A DNA stretch of 62,442 nucleotides, the filler included, from Rhabdomonas costata (Eukaryota): assembly GCA_019059605.1 (NCBI GenBank). It is 22 parts of 22 records of this genome, joined end to end, with 100 filler letters (N's around TTAATTAATTAA, not from the genome) between each part and the next. Parts side by side here need not be neighbours in the genome. Positions count along the whole stretch, not along the records: positions 34,145 to 36,885 come from JAHMHO010002181.1; positions 36,986 to 39,726 come from JAHMHO010002182.1; positions 39,827 to 42,565 come from JAHMHO010002183.1; positions 42,666 to 45,404 come from JAHMHO010002184.1; positions 45,505 to 48,244 come from JAHMHO010002185.1; positions 48,345 to 51,082 come from JAHMHO010002186.1; 16 more parts are not named here. One strand, given 5' to 3'. This document shows positions 35,995 to 48,372 of this stretch, piece after piece (position 1 is the stretch's first letter; each line of letters starts with the position of its first letter). Made by a program: the position numbers and the translations under genes. The notes under the pieces were generated by a model. It was not told the DNA's origin and made no database searches. It saw only the letters and a list, made by a program, of their open reading frames with translations.

Positions 35995-36203
35995 GGGGGC
36001 GGCGGTACCGCAGCGCGTGGCACGCGGCACGGACTTTGGTGCGGTCAGAGGGTCTGCGGGGGCTGACCCGAGGGATGCTCCCCGTGGTGCTCCCCCGGAC
36101 GGTGCTGGGCGCGTGGAGTTCCGTGACCTACGAAGCGGTGCTTCACATCAGCTGCTGGGAGGCCACCTCGGCTGCGGCTGCCGCGGCAAAGCCCGCGAAG
36201 TGA
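35995..36203 (+). CDS. Mitochondrial carrier (SLC25) family, terminal exon only
   Basis: An AG acceptor is followed by RYRSAWHAARTLVRSEGLRGLTRGMLPVVLPR...SVTYEAV. This is the Y......R.EG.RGL.RG......R......YE end of a carrier repeat. Stop at 36203. Confidence 0.85.
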
Positions 36204-37213
36204 ACCGTTTTTCCCTTCCCCTCCCTGCCCTGCCCTCCCAGCGGTGGTCCGAAAGGCCTGTTGTGTGGATGCGGGAGGGGAAGGAGCGAAGAAGGGCGAC
36301 GGTTGGATGCAGAGTGGGGGGTTCTTTCGGAGCTGTTGGTTCTGCTTATACCACAAAACGCACAGCGCAGCGTATTCCGCTCCTGCTCATGCCGATGTCT
36401 TTTATATCCACAGGGTGGAAGGAAACGGGATAGCTGATACCGCGCCACCACATGTGTGGGTCGAAATATATACCGGTGGGTGGATGGGTGGTTTGCAGAT
36501 GCTAAATCCTGTGTATGGGTGGCTTGCAGTTGCTAAATCCTGTGTACAGAAGTCTTATTGTTACGGTTTGGGTGGATGTACATTGAATCGAAAGTGATCA
36601 CGTCAGTGCGCACGTTAGCCTTTGGGCTACCGTGTGTCTTATTGTCTGCACTGTGAATTTGTGTGCAGAATATGAATATGCTTCGATGCGGCAGCAGCTG
36701 GGGCTCCGTTGAAAAGGGGACAGTCCTTGCACTGCAATGGGATTTACTCAGGAGTTATCTAGCGTCCTCTGATGATTGAGATCAGCAGAATGGTAACTGA
36801 ACCCACCCCAAAAAAAAAGAATGGCGCCATCCGTACTTCTGGACGGGCACTTCCATCTGCGCCCATTTTCCTCGACCCACCCCTCNNNNNNNNNNNNNNN
36901 NNNNNNNNNNNNNNNNNNNNNNNNNNNNNTTAATTAATTAANNNNNNNNNNNNNNNNNNNNNNNNNNNNNNNNNNNNNNNNNNNNTTGTTGGTTGTCCTA
37001 TTAAACCTATAAAAGGGTTTATCAACGGCTCCCACAACGTGTGCAAAACCCTTTTATAGGTTTAATAAATCAAATGACAAAAAATACAGCCCCAGCTTGA
37101 AGGATGATCCGCCGTCTTTCGGCTTTGTGCGCACGTGCTCTGTGTTCTGTTTATGACAGATGTAAAACGCGGTGAGACCCTTATTCTTTGTAAAAAGAAG
37201 AAAAGTATCACAC

Positions 37214-37700
37214 CGCTTCAGCGGACGGGCCAGGTCGCTGATCCCTTCGTTGGTCATTTTTCTGAGGAGCATCATAAACTCAATGGAAACATGGTGAACA
37301 CCCTCGTTCTGCATTGATAAAGCGCCACGAAAGATTACTTCACCACTTCATTCTGTATCTCTCGGAATTTCCAGCCAGGTCAGAGCGTGGCGTTTCAAGG
37401 CTGACATTCAAAACACGCGACGTCCAAAAGAGACGAGAAACACTTTTTGCGGTCAGAGATAAACCCACAAGAATCAGCAGCCAGGCTCTCAAGGCTAATT
37501 ACAAACAGTAATTACAAACAGCTGCACGTTGTAGGCTACGTTCCCATTACAAATTGCGGCGATGGCGGTTTCAAGTGCTGCCAGCACCTAATCACGCCGC
37601 CCTCGGTGAGGATCCGCTCGGCGATGATCTTCATGCAGCGCGCCTGCTGGGCACGCAGCAGCGTGCAGTTTATGCTGTACACGAACTCGTAACAGACCAT
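37214..37700 (-). CDS. MRPS6: Mitochondrial ribosomal protein bS6m, first two exons
   Basis: Exon 37700-37588 (MVCYEFVYSINCTLLRAQQARCMKIIAERILTEGGVIR) plus exon 37261-37214 (KMTNEGISDLARPLKR). This fits the bS6 pattern M..YE....I..GGVIR...N.G...LA.. Confidence 0.75.
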
Positions 37701-38239
37701 CGTGGAGAGAAACGAAAGCAGCGGGGCAGGCGCTGCCGTCAAAGGTTGGGGCCAGCCAAGACGACAGGAGAAAAGAAGACAAGTAAAACCGCACTGCGAA
37801 GTGGAATGACGAATGAGGGAAAGCCTTCGGGCACTCAAGCAGATGCTACTGATAAGAGACCGTAACAAAGAGCGGGCTGGTGCGACGTCAGGATAAGTCG
37901 GCAGTGTTTGCATTTGATTGAGAATAAGCAAAGCGAGCTCTATTGTAACCATCAATCGGAAAAGGGAGCAAGCCCAAATTCACACCTAACTAACAAACTG
38001 GAACTGGAACTGATAAACTGGAATAAAAAGCTATCACCATTACAGAACCTGCAGCTGACCAGGAACAAAACGCAGTACGCCATCTGCAGTACTCTAAAAA
38101 AAAAGTAGCCGTTCAAAGGCGCAGCAAAAGTGCCAGCACAGGTTTTTCCCAAGCGGCACAAAGAGTCTCACTAGGGCGCAGCTAACTGACAACAGCCCCA
38201 GGAGGAGCGCCTCCCAAACTGCCTCCTCGAGTCCCAAGT

Positions 38240-39495
38240 TCAAGAAACCTTGCTTTGGATATTCCTGTGAACCGTACAGACCCACAAGTGAGAGAGGCCG
38301 TGGAGCTTTCGAAGATGCAGGCAAAAAATCAACACATAGACAGTATGACAGTGACGAATTACCACTCACATTCCAAAGGTAGTGCTTTGGCCACCGAAAC
38401 GAGTGCGGCTTGATTTTACACAAAAAAGATGAAAGAAGATAAAAAATAAAGTGGAGACAAACTGGGAACCGCATTTCGAAGTTAAGCATGGATGCTGGTC
38501 TGTGCGAGAGCATTATCACATGGGCAAGGGCAGAGATTCGCCAAAGACATGTACCTGTGCAAGTGGCAGAGGTACTCGACGTAGCTCCACACCCCACTGA
38601 CAGTCTTGTCCTCCACCAAGCGCTGCAGGAAGACGCTCTCTGCACAGAGCCCACGCAACCGAGGTTTCAAAGTGATTTCACAGGGGCGCTGGAATAAGAA
38701 GTACACCTTCAGACGGGAACACATGATAGCACAGTAGGCACAGCACCAGCCCACTGACTATCCCCAAAAGCAGAAAAAAAAATAAGCCAAACTAATATGG
38801 GACGCCCTATATTCTGATCGACAATATGCCATTGGGCACAGGTGGGGATCCAAAGGGCACTGTGTTGGGAGATTAGAGGAAAGAGACAAGCAGCAACCCA
38901 GAGGGTCCCGCTTCTCGCGCAGCACACGGATGGTGTCCACCACCTCGGGCCTGGAAGTGAAGAAGCCCACTCCCCCCGACGAAGCACAAGTTCAGAAAAA
39001 TATAAGCAAGCGCCAACATCACCAACTCACGGTCGATCATCCCCCTATCAACAAAAAACAAGAAAAAGCGGCAGAGCATTCGACCACAGTGCAAGACATC
39101 GCTGATGGGTTCTGATGCGCTCTGTGGCAACACGAGACTCTGGTTGCGACAAGCACCTCTGCCGCCGCAGCTCCTTGATGACGTTGATAACCCTCTCCGA
39201 GGATTTTGTCTCTGCCCACACCTGAGGGTTTCCGATGAGAATTTCGCGAACCAAAGCCTAGGCAACCACCGCCTACCTGGCAAGCCGTGGCCACCAATCA
39301 CCCCAGATTCACCAAAAGGCCATTACCCAAAAACAAAAGGTCGACGAAACAGAGGAGCGGGGAATAACGGCGAAACCAAAAAACCTACTGCTCCGCAGTA
39401 ACGCAGAGAGAGAGTCAGTGAAAATACGAAAATATGAGGCAGGGACAAACCTCATCGATGAGGTCGGCGTTGTCCGTGTTGAACAGGGCCTGCAC
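38240..39495 (-). CDS. SEC24: COPII coat subunit Sec24-like, last five exons
   Basis: GT-AG exons 39495-39451, 39221-39157, 38950-38898, 38639-38555 and 38264-38240 give ...SERVINVIKELRRQR...VLREKRDPLESVFLQRLVEDKTVSGVWSYVEYLCHLHRNIQSKVS*. This is the Sec24 C-terminal LVED...SY..L..LH motif. Confidence 0.88.
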
Positions 39496-40159
39496 CTGGG
39501 AATCACCGGCCGAGACAGGGGAAGAAATGCTAGCAATTCTTAAAGGCATCACACTGTATGCACCGCACCGCTTAGGGATCCTGTGGCGGTCAGATTGCTG
39601 CAGCCCCCCAACATAATGCCGCATTTGTAGGTGTTCGCAAATACCTCCAATTTTGTCGAGTTGGAATGACGCTATATGGCGTTCGCATAGAGAACCATCG
39701 CACCGAAGACTCCATACACCAACCCGNNNNNNNNNNNNNNNNNNNNNNNNNNNNNNNNNNNNNNNNNNNNTTAATTAATTAANNNNNNNNNNNNNNNNNN
39801 NNNNNNNNNNNNNNNNNNNNNNNNNNTGTGTTGGTGGTCCCTTACGCTCTTTTTATTATTTGCGAGTTTCGCGAGTTTTGTTTATACGAACCAAAATTAG
39901 AGCGAAAAATCCGCGCATCTGTGGGGATCCATGAATGCGGGATCGAGTAGGGTACGAGTACCGCTTTGGCCCTTCCTCCGTCGGCGCACGAATAGCACGC
40001 ATTCGCTTTCAGTCTGGAGTGCGCGAGAGTGTGCCTTTCCACTTCTCATTGCGCCGCCAGCTCCCACTCTGCCCTTTCATCTTTTTCCATTGTATCGCTC
40101 AACCTTTTTTGGTGTTGACGCCAGCGCTGACTCATTTTTATCCTTTTCAAAAAACGAAG

Positions 40160-41973
40160 GTTTATGAAGGGCAACCTTCTGTCGGAGATGCAGGCCAACC
40201 CCACGGGCATGCCTCCGGAGCGGGTTCGGTTGGTGACCTTCCAGATGCTGCGCGCCCTGAAGTCGTGCCACGACCAGGGCATCCTTCACCGCGGTAGTCA
40301 GACGGGTGGGGTAGGGTGCTTGTTTGAGAGGGTTGGAGCTCCCGAGAACCGCAGTTTAATGCGCCATTGAGGTTTCCTCCACCAAGATCTGTACCCCGAG
40401 ATGCGGCAGGGCAGCGGGAGAGTTTTCGAAAGCCCACTGGTGGCAGAAAAGATCTCCAAAACCAATACCTGTCTTGTGTACGTAGTTTGTGTGTGTATCG
40501 GAAGCGGGGGCTGAAAAGGGACTGACGATGAGCAGAACGGTAAAGTGTACCCCAACCTGTTTCCTCTGCCCATTCACAGCATGTTGATGTATTTGATTGA
40601 TATACTGATATACTTTCCCCCACTCTATGCTGTTCCCTCGCCGAATTTGCAATGGCTTACTGCCGCGGCCATCCGCTGCTCTCACCTCTCAACTCATCTT
40701 GTGATTGATCGAAAAGGTTGCATTTCTTCCCATACTGGGCTACAGGAAACAGACGTTTCCGAAACGTGCCCTAGGGGCTAGGGAGGAGAGAGAGCTATGT
40801 AGGGGAGGAGCTGATTTTCTGTTTGTCTGTGTGACTTGCTCCACTTCTCCACTTCTCGCCCCACATCACCATTAGTCTCCTGATTCCTGCCCGAGTTGTT
40901 GGGCACTGCATTTGCATCACCTGGGGATCGAAAAGTTGCATGCGGCTTTTTGCGGAGTGAGTGTGTTCCTCATTTCCTGTATCATGCAGACGTAAAGCCG
41001 GAGAATGTGCTGCTCANNNNNNNNNNNNNNNNNNNNNNNNNNNNNNNNNNNNNNNNNNNNNNNNNNNNNNNNNNNNNNNNNNNNNNNNNNNNNNNNNNNN
41101 NNNNNNNNNNNNNNNNNNNNNNNNNNNNNNNNNNNNNNNNNNNNNNNNNNNNNNNNNNNNNNNNNNNNNNNNNNNNNNNNNNNNNNNNNNNNNNNNNNNN
41201 NNNNNNNNNNNNNNNNNNNNNNNNNNNNNNNNNNNNNNNNNNNNNNNNNNNNNNNNNNNNNNNNNNNNNNNNNNNNNNNNNNNNNNNNNNNNNNNNNNNN
41301 NNNNNNNNNNNNNNNNNNNNNNNNNNNNNNNNNNNNNNNNNNNNNNNNNNNNNNNNNNNNNNNNNNNNNNNNNNNNNNNNNNNNNNNNNNNNNNNNNNNN
41401 NNCCTCTGCGGCGGGACGCAAAAGGGATACTAAAGAAACGCCAAGGGGCACCACAACTGGCCGAGGAGTCAATGACTGAAAATTTTGCCCCCAAGGACCG
41501 GCCACGCCGCGTTTCGGGAGGTTGTGTAGTATGCACAAAAGACCCACCCTCCAGGCCTGCTTCGGCTTAGACCTCCTTTGTTTTTGCTTTTGCCTCTGCT
41601 GCAGAAACACACAGCATCTGGCGGTGTCCGTCGATTTGCGCCGGTCTCAAACACTGCGAATGAGCCGAGAGCCGAGACAAAAAGCCCCCCGCACCAGCCA
41701 GCGCATTGCGCGCCCGACGCACATTCGGACGCAAGGATAAACTCACCCTCTGTCAAGTATCATGGTACTCAAATTGCCCGTAGCTGTGTCCCTGTGAGTG
41801 GCCCCACTGGCTTCCCATCTTCACCTGAGCTCTGCCACATTACCGCCCTCCTCCCAAAATCCCGCAATGGGGTGGCGGTGGCACGCAGGATGTGCACGGA
41901 AGATGAAGAAGAGGCTGGAGATGACCGAGTACGTCGCCACTCGCTGGTACCGCGCTCCGGAGCTTCACCTTGG
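40160..41973 (+). CDS. CMGC protein kinase, CDKL/RCK-like, partial (spans scaffold gap)
   Basis: Exons 40160-40293 (QMLRALKSCHDQGILHR), 40990->41016 (DVKPENVLL) and 41889-41973 (GCARKMKKRLEMTEYVATRWYRAPEL), with a TEY activation loop. Confidence 0.9.
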
Positions 41974-42665
41974 GTGTGCAGGCATCGGCTGTCGCGTGTG
42001 TTCGTCAATCGGTATTGATTCTGATTCGGGTCGTGTTTCCCCCGAAAGGGTGCTCTGGAGGTCCATTACCATTGGTGACGCTTTTTTCCATGGGAGTATA
42101 TAATCGTTAAAGACCTGTTAAAGGCCCCTCAGGTCACGTCCTAGCCCCAGGGGTCCACTCCCGCCGCCGCGTCGCTGCGTCGCTGGCCCCCTATCCAAGC
42201 CGACGAGTCCTTAACCAGGAGTAGTTTTGAGCTGTGAACCAAAACCGCTCATCTAGGGAGCACTGGCAAAATTTACCTTCCCCCCCCCCCTTGCACAAAA
42301 ATAATTTCAAAGTCATATCAAGGGTGCTGTCATGTTTTCCACATTCTTTTCAAGTTAATTTTGCAAAAAGCCAGTTTTACCGCCGGTAATCGTAAGCACT
42401 GGTAACGGCTGACAATGGTGACGGTTACCCCAGTTCCCAGTTGAAGTGTCTGCCACGCAGGTCAGGATAGCAGGCAGAGCCTTGATAGCAATGTGGTTCA
42501 CCTGACAGAAAGTTCTGGTCGCAGGGTCCATGAGACGAGAACTTTCTGTCAGGTGAACCACCCACNNNNNNNNNNNNNNNNNNNNNNNNNNNNNNNNNNN
42601 NNNNNNNNNTTAATTAATTAANNNNNNNNNNNNNNNNNNNNNNNNNNNNNNNNNNNNNNNNNNNN

Positions 42666-44609
42666 TGTGGGGGGGGAGCGGAAGGTGGGGGAGCTTTGAA
42701 GCGTGCTTCCTGTCGGGTCGGGGTAGCCCGGGGCCCCGCCCTCTTGGAACGGTCAATAACGTTCCACATGATCAGGGAAAACTGCGAGGCGTTGGGGATA
42801 CACACGCTGACGTCGTACCAGTAGTCGAAGAAGCTGGCCTTGCAGACACACCCGTTGGAGTCCTCAACAAACTCCAGAAAGGTCTGCTTCGCCTCCTGCT
42901 CGGACACCTTCTTCGCCAAAACTTCGGGCAGCTGGGATGGCCGGAAGCGGGGCAGCAGGGCATCGAAGCTACAGCTGGGGCTGTTGTCCGGGTCGAGCAG
43001 AGCCCATGTCTGTGCAATGATCTCCCGCTTGGCGGCGGGAATTTCTCCACGGAGGGCGGTGAGAAAGCTTGACATATTAAGCTGGTCGGGGCTCTCTTCG
43101 GTGTGGGCGTTGTACAGGGACTCCAGCTCAACGTCGGAGAGTGTGCTTCCGACCCCAACGTTTCGTACTGCGGACACGAACTCCCATAAGGTCAAACAAG
43201 CCGTGGAGGACTCGCGACGAAACTGCAGCTGCAGGCGAAGGACTCCGTTTCCTCCTCGGTGGGTGAGCGCGCCACGCAGTTTATAGTGGAAGTGATCCAA
43301 GAGAACAGGGCTGTCATCGTGCCCCACCTCTGGTCGCAGGGAGGACACAAAGGCGTCGATGCTGCGCAGCCGGCCAGGCTGAGCCGGGTCCGCGGAGCTT
43401 TCAAAGAGGAGATCGAGCTCTCGGTCCATCAGCCCCGCACCAAAGGTTTGCATGCCCTTTTTGAAGTTCTCCTTGGACATGGTTCCTGTGCGGTCAGCAG
43501 CACACCTCTTCAGCACCCGCAGGAGCCCAACCGTCCCGCTGGTGGCGCGGTCGCGGTCGCGGCAGGCGTCAATGAGCTTCTGCCGAATCTCAGAGAGCGG
43601 TACCTCCTCCCGGCTGAGAATATGGAGGATCTCCTCCACATCGACGAACTCAATGGGGGACACACTTGTGGACTTGATGTGGTGAAACAAGAAGCACAGC
43701 TCAGAGACGGTCACGCCCAAGTGGAGACCATCCAGGGCTCTTACAAACTGGCCGCGGCTGACAGAACGGCCACCTCCCTGGGTGAGGCATTCTGCAACTG
43801 CGGAACGGAAGTTTGCAGTAAACTTCCCGCAAAGCCTGCTTTTCAGCTTCTTAACGATATCGTCGGCTTGCTGCTGGGTCATGTCAAGCTTGAGGCGGAC
43901 AGCGACCAAAAAGTCGTCGTAGTCAAGCTCACCTGTAAGCAAGGGAAGGTGGATTCGAATGAGACACAACGTTTTCCAAGCTCCGAAAAAGATAGTGCAC
44001 CCACAACGCGCAACACAACTCATTTCTTTATAGAAAACATCGGAGACCCAATTCAGGAAGCAGGCAAAGAGTGTCACTGTTTTTGAGGCTGGGATGGCTT
44101 GCCGAATATACAATGACCTATAAAAGGACTTCACCCAATGCAACAGGGAAAGAGATTAATTTCAAGAAGGCAACGAAAGTGTCACAACATCTCAGGGTGA
44201 AATTAGAAAATACCGTCTTCGTCCGTGTCGTGCACAATGAACAGGGCTTCGATCTCCTTCCCGGTCAGTTTGAGATCCGCAGTTTGGAAGAACTTTCGCA
44301 ACTCCCAAACTGTCAGGCGCTGCGGCCACGACTTGTCAATCGCTGCAAACTGAGGCGTCAGCTTGGGAATCCCGTTAACCCCCCGCAGCATAAGAAGGGC
44401 TTTCAGCTTGCGGAATATCCGGTCCACCTTCACCCCATCTTGTGCTATCGTGGCGGCATCCTCTTGCGCGTCCAAGGTCCCTGAGGTGGTGAAGCTATTC
44501 GCGCTCTGTGTTTCCCAATGGTGGGGAGAGCCTCCGCCACCAACGCTGCTCCGCATTTTGTCGTATGATTTGATAAAATCAAGATCGAGATCGGTGGAGC
44601 TGATCCTGG
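42666..44609 (-). CDS. Calcyphosin-like multi-EF-hand protein, partial
   Basis: Exon 44609-44214 (LRGVNGIPKL...FIVHDTDEDG) is spliced GT-AG to a long exon 43932-<42666 (ELDYDDFLVAVR...LRGEIPAAKREIIAQTWALLD...FFDYWYDVSVCI...FSLIMWNV). These are calcyphosin-type repeats. Confidence 0.82.
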
Positions 44610-45511
44610 CTTGAACGAAACGGAGAAAACGGGCAATGAACGAACACGCTCACAGTCTGCCTGGAAGCAAATGAAACCGGAACGTTCCGACTGTAATCAA
44701 CCAATGCAAAGTCGAGAAACCGATTCACAAATTCCGCACGTACTTGAAAGAAAACGAAGAAAGGAGGGATCCAATCTGTGCTGGAAACTGCATGATGGTC
44801 GCATGTATTTCACTCCAAACGCACAGACAACGTGCGTAAGGGGTTCATTTTCCTTTTCCTCACTCCCTCGCACTCACCGGCACGTCACTTCCTACCCGCA
44901 AGTGCGTTTCGCTTGTGATTGCCTAGTGGCCAACGCCCACCGCCGAGCGCAGGGAACCCAATCGCTGCCAAACTGGCCCCCGGTGACAGCAAAAGACAGT
45001 GCACCGACAGGGCGCCGCCCTTTAGCTGAGGCAGAAAAGCTATGACGGAACTTCACATATCAGCCGCAAGCTGCTGTATCCGTTTTGCAGGGAGAACCCT
45101 TCCCCACTGGGGAAGCAGTGGTCGTCACCGACTTCCCACCAATAGCTAGCTGGCCACACCCCGCGTGAATATCGAGCCCAGATGAGAACCTGATGAGAAA
45201 ATCACGATAAAACAAATCAAAATGGACGCCATTCAAAAACCGTTTGATTCAGACCTCCCGTCACCTTCCAGCCGCAAAAGGCACAGCTGCAAACACCTGC
45301 GAAGACTAAATCGGATGCGAGACGGAGCACAGTGTTTCTCAGCACATTAAGGATGAACCCCACACCTTTGGCCGCCAACCACACTTTTAGTCGTCCCCAA
45401 AACANNNNNNNNNNNNNNNNNNNNNNNNNNNNNNNNNNNNNNNNNNNNTTAATTAATTAANNNNNNNNNNNNNNNNNNNNNNNNNNNNNNNNNNNNNNNN
45501 NNNNTGTGGGT

Positions 45512-45723
45512 GGGAAACGGGAAATGGAGTAGTTTTGACTCATTTTGTTCGGTTTTTTACCCGAAAAGAGTCCGCACGACCTTCTTCTCCACATTCCCAT
45601 TTGTGTATTTATCCACAGGGGGAGAAATACACAAATGGGAATGTGGAGAAGAAGGTCGTGCGGACTCTTTTCGGGTAAAAAACCGAACAAAATGAGTCAA
45701 AACTACTCCATTTCCCGTTTCCC
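45512..45723. repeat. 99-bp perfect inverted repeat at contig start (probable amplification fold-back)
   Basis: Arms 45512-45610 and 45625-45723 with a 14-nt loop. The left arm directly abuts the G/T primer tail at the contig end. Confidence 0.9.
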
Positions 45724-45766
45724 TCGCACACTAAACCCGATATTTCGTTTCGTTTAGGGAACAAAC

Positions 45767-47082
45767 TTGTCTCTGCGCAGCTTCACAGCTCGGACAGTGT
45801 CTCCTGGAGAGAGCTCCGTCAGCTGAACACCGCGCTCGTCATCCCATATGATGACCTAAAACAAAAAGGCACAAGAAGTATCGGAGCACAACACCGGAGC
45901 AGCCAGTAGAAGCAGTAAGACTCCCAATGGACCCTTTCAAAACCATTGCGTGCGTATTCCTTCATATGCCTTCCCACGCATATGAGGGGCCAACAGGAAG
46001 GTTGGGTCGCACGCTCAGAGCGCAGAAAGAAAAAGAAGTTTCAAAAAAAGCGCAAAACAGCACGAACTTTCATTTGGGGGAAAGCCGGAGTCTTTCCGCC
46101 AACCACCAGCGCCATGACATTGCCGCAATAGAGCATTTCCACGATGCCGATTCCGCCCAAAAGGTCTAAGCCAAACGTCACAGCACCATGCTCGGTGGTT
46201 TTTCAGCGATTTCTGGAATGCGCCGATTCTCCGAAATGCAAAGAAACATGACGCATTTTTTCAACAGCAAAACCACCAAAATCGATGACATCACACACCA
46301 CACGTTTCTTGCTTGTGTTGTTTACCGCATTACTGCGTACTCCACTGTGCTTTGGCTTACACCACACCACCTCAGAGTGGTGCTCGTTTTGCAATTTAAA
46401 CGGAGTTAAATGGAGTCAGATTGTTTGAATGTAGTTGAGGGCATATTAAAATTTAGCACTGCACGAAAACTAGGCTGAGATAAAACAATAAAAACACAAA
46501 AGCAGCAGCAGAAACCAACAACCAAAAAAAGAGGGAAAAGATAAAAAACAAAACAAAAGAAATAGGAAATGCGAACTTCGACTGATGTTCAGCTTCCCCG
46601 ACTGGGAAGCATGAATGCGGAAGCCGGTGTTGGTCCCGACAATGAAGCAAGCTGTAAAAAAACAAGCTAATACCTCTCCCTCCCCGCTTTGTCTTGGAAA
46701 CGAAGGCAGATTATGGGTAAGCGCAATATGGGAAACGCAACTTTCTTTTTTTTTGTAAGGAGACGAAAGCGCATTTGGTGAGGCTCCTGCTTCGATACAA
46801 CATCCCTGTGTGCCAGGTTCCTTGGTCGATTTTTTAATGCCGAAAACATGCCTTATGTACTCAACCCTTTTTCAGCTGAGCATCGACACAAATAATGTTG
46901 CGTTCAGCCCCTTCCCAAAATTCTCCCTCGCCCCTATACGTCGCGCCCGGACCCAGAGACTGAGGCCCAGAGAAAAAAAGAGTCGTGCGACGGACCAGTC
47001 AAAGGGCAAGGTACACACTTGCGTCCTGATTAAAGGAAAGGTACAGCGCTTCCTGCGTTGTTCCGGCAACGTCCAGCGGCAT
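45767..47082 (-). CDS. ATG18: PROPPIN autophagy protein, Atg18 family (WIPI3/WIPI4-like), first four exons
   Basis: GT-AG exons 47082-47019 (MPLDVAG...YLSFNQDA), 46651-46577 (CFIVGTNTGFRIH), 46165-46068 (GGIGIVEMLYCGNVMALVVGGKTPAFPQMK) and 45855-45767 (VIIWDD...VRAVKLRRDK). The ORF track misses this gene. Confidence 0.9.
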
Positions 47083-48372
47083 CTTGGCGTTCAAATTTCA
47101 AACAAAAGGAAGAGCAAAGCAGCTGAAACCAGCAAAACTGTAATACAATACTTTGGAAGCATCCATTCCTTCACGAAAAAAACTGTTTCAAAACTGTGCT
47201 CGACCTGTTTCAGTGATAGAGCCGAATTGAAAATGGTTCCCTTCAAGCGAAAAAAATCCGTGTTAAGGCACCCGCCGGGCTCTACCAGCTTTATTGGGGG
47301 GTCGGAAGGGGCACTTTATATCTTCACAAGTAAAAAATAAAGTCCACGAAAATTTCAGGGCTGCAATTTTTCGAGTGGGCCGGACCTCAGCCTTTGGTTC
47401 GAGCATCGAATATTTCCCGTGCAGAGATTCAATCAAGACACCTCCCATGATTCCTTACGAGCACTTCCTGTTGCCTTGACACGAGACTCCAAGAAGGCCA
47501 AGAAGACTGATAGCGGACAATGAACAAACCGGTCAAGCAAAAAAAAAGCTCTGACGCCCTCCAACTAATTCACTGGATCAACTGGTTCACTGGGTACGGC
47601 AAAAAGTGACCAGTTTTGAGGGCCCCATTCCCACGTGTTTTTATCCCATGTCCCACGTGTTTTTATCGTGCAATAGGGGCGTGCCTTCCAGCATTGCGGA
47701 AGAACAGAAGGCAGTGGAGACGGACACGGACAGCGCGTGAGCGTACCTGTGCCAAGACGATATAAGGATTTACAGGACACCCTCCCTCAAAGTGCTTCGG
47801 ACCCCCACACTTGTTGTCCTTTCGAGCCAAGCTGCCATTTGACGGTACCCTGGTTCCCGTGCCCTTTGGGTCCCAACACCTCCTTAAGGGTTCCTGGTGC
47901 TCAGCAAGACACTGGCCAGAAAGTAATGTACAGCAGCAGACATCCTCCAACAAAGAAGGAAGGACGCGGGGCGGAGTATTCCCACAGACAAGGGACTTTA
48001 CACAAAAACCCGCACTCTTCCAGCTGTCCGCAAAATGCGCCGTGGCCGACACAGCCGCAAAGCTGCACAGACACGGAGGACTCCACCCACACAGCAAAGC
48101 AACACGGTGGGGGAGCGATGGGATATCATTTGGGAATGAATAACTCCGTAAAAAAAAAGGGAGTTCAGCGCCGAAGAACACGAGCCTGTGTTTCCTCAAA
48201 GAAGGACAGAAGCCGGGATGGACGGACACTCATAACCAACCCACNNNNNNNNNNNNNNNNNNNNNNNNNNNNNNNNNNNNNNNNNNNNTTAATTAATTAA
48301 NNNNNNNNNNNNNNNNNNNNNNNNNNNNNNNNNNNNNNNNNNNNGTGTTGGGTGTGTGGAGGTAGGGCTGAC

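Noticed and set aside
36485-36546. Short tandem duplications (31 nt here; also ~37496-37521, 47629-47667, 54733-54768)
   Set aside because: Ordinary two-copy slippage duplications in non-coding DNA.
43259-44086. 275-aa plus-strand ORF, and similar antisense ORFs over the PKS, LRR and RPL7 exons
   Set aside because: These are antisense shadows of real minus-strand coding exons.
45512-45723. 99-bp perfect hairpin as a MITE, miRNA precursor or hairpin telomere
   Set aside because: It sits flush with the primer tail at a contig end, has no target-site duplication, and the loop edge looks like a mis-primed snap-back. This is typical of amplification fold-back.
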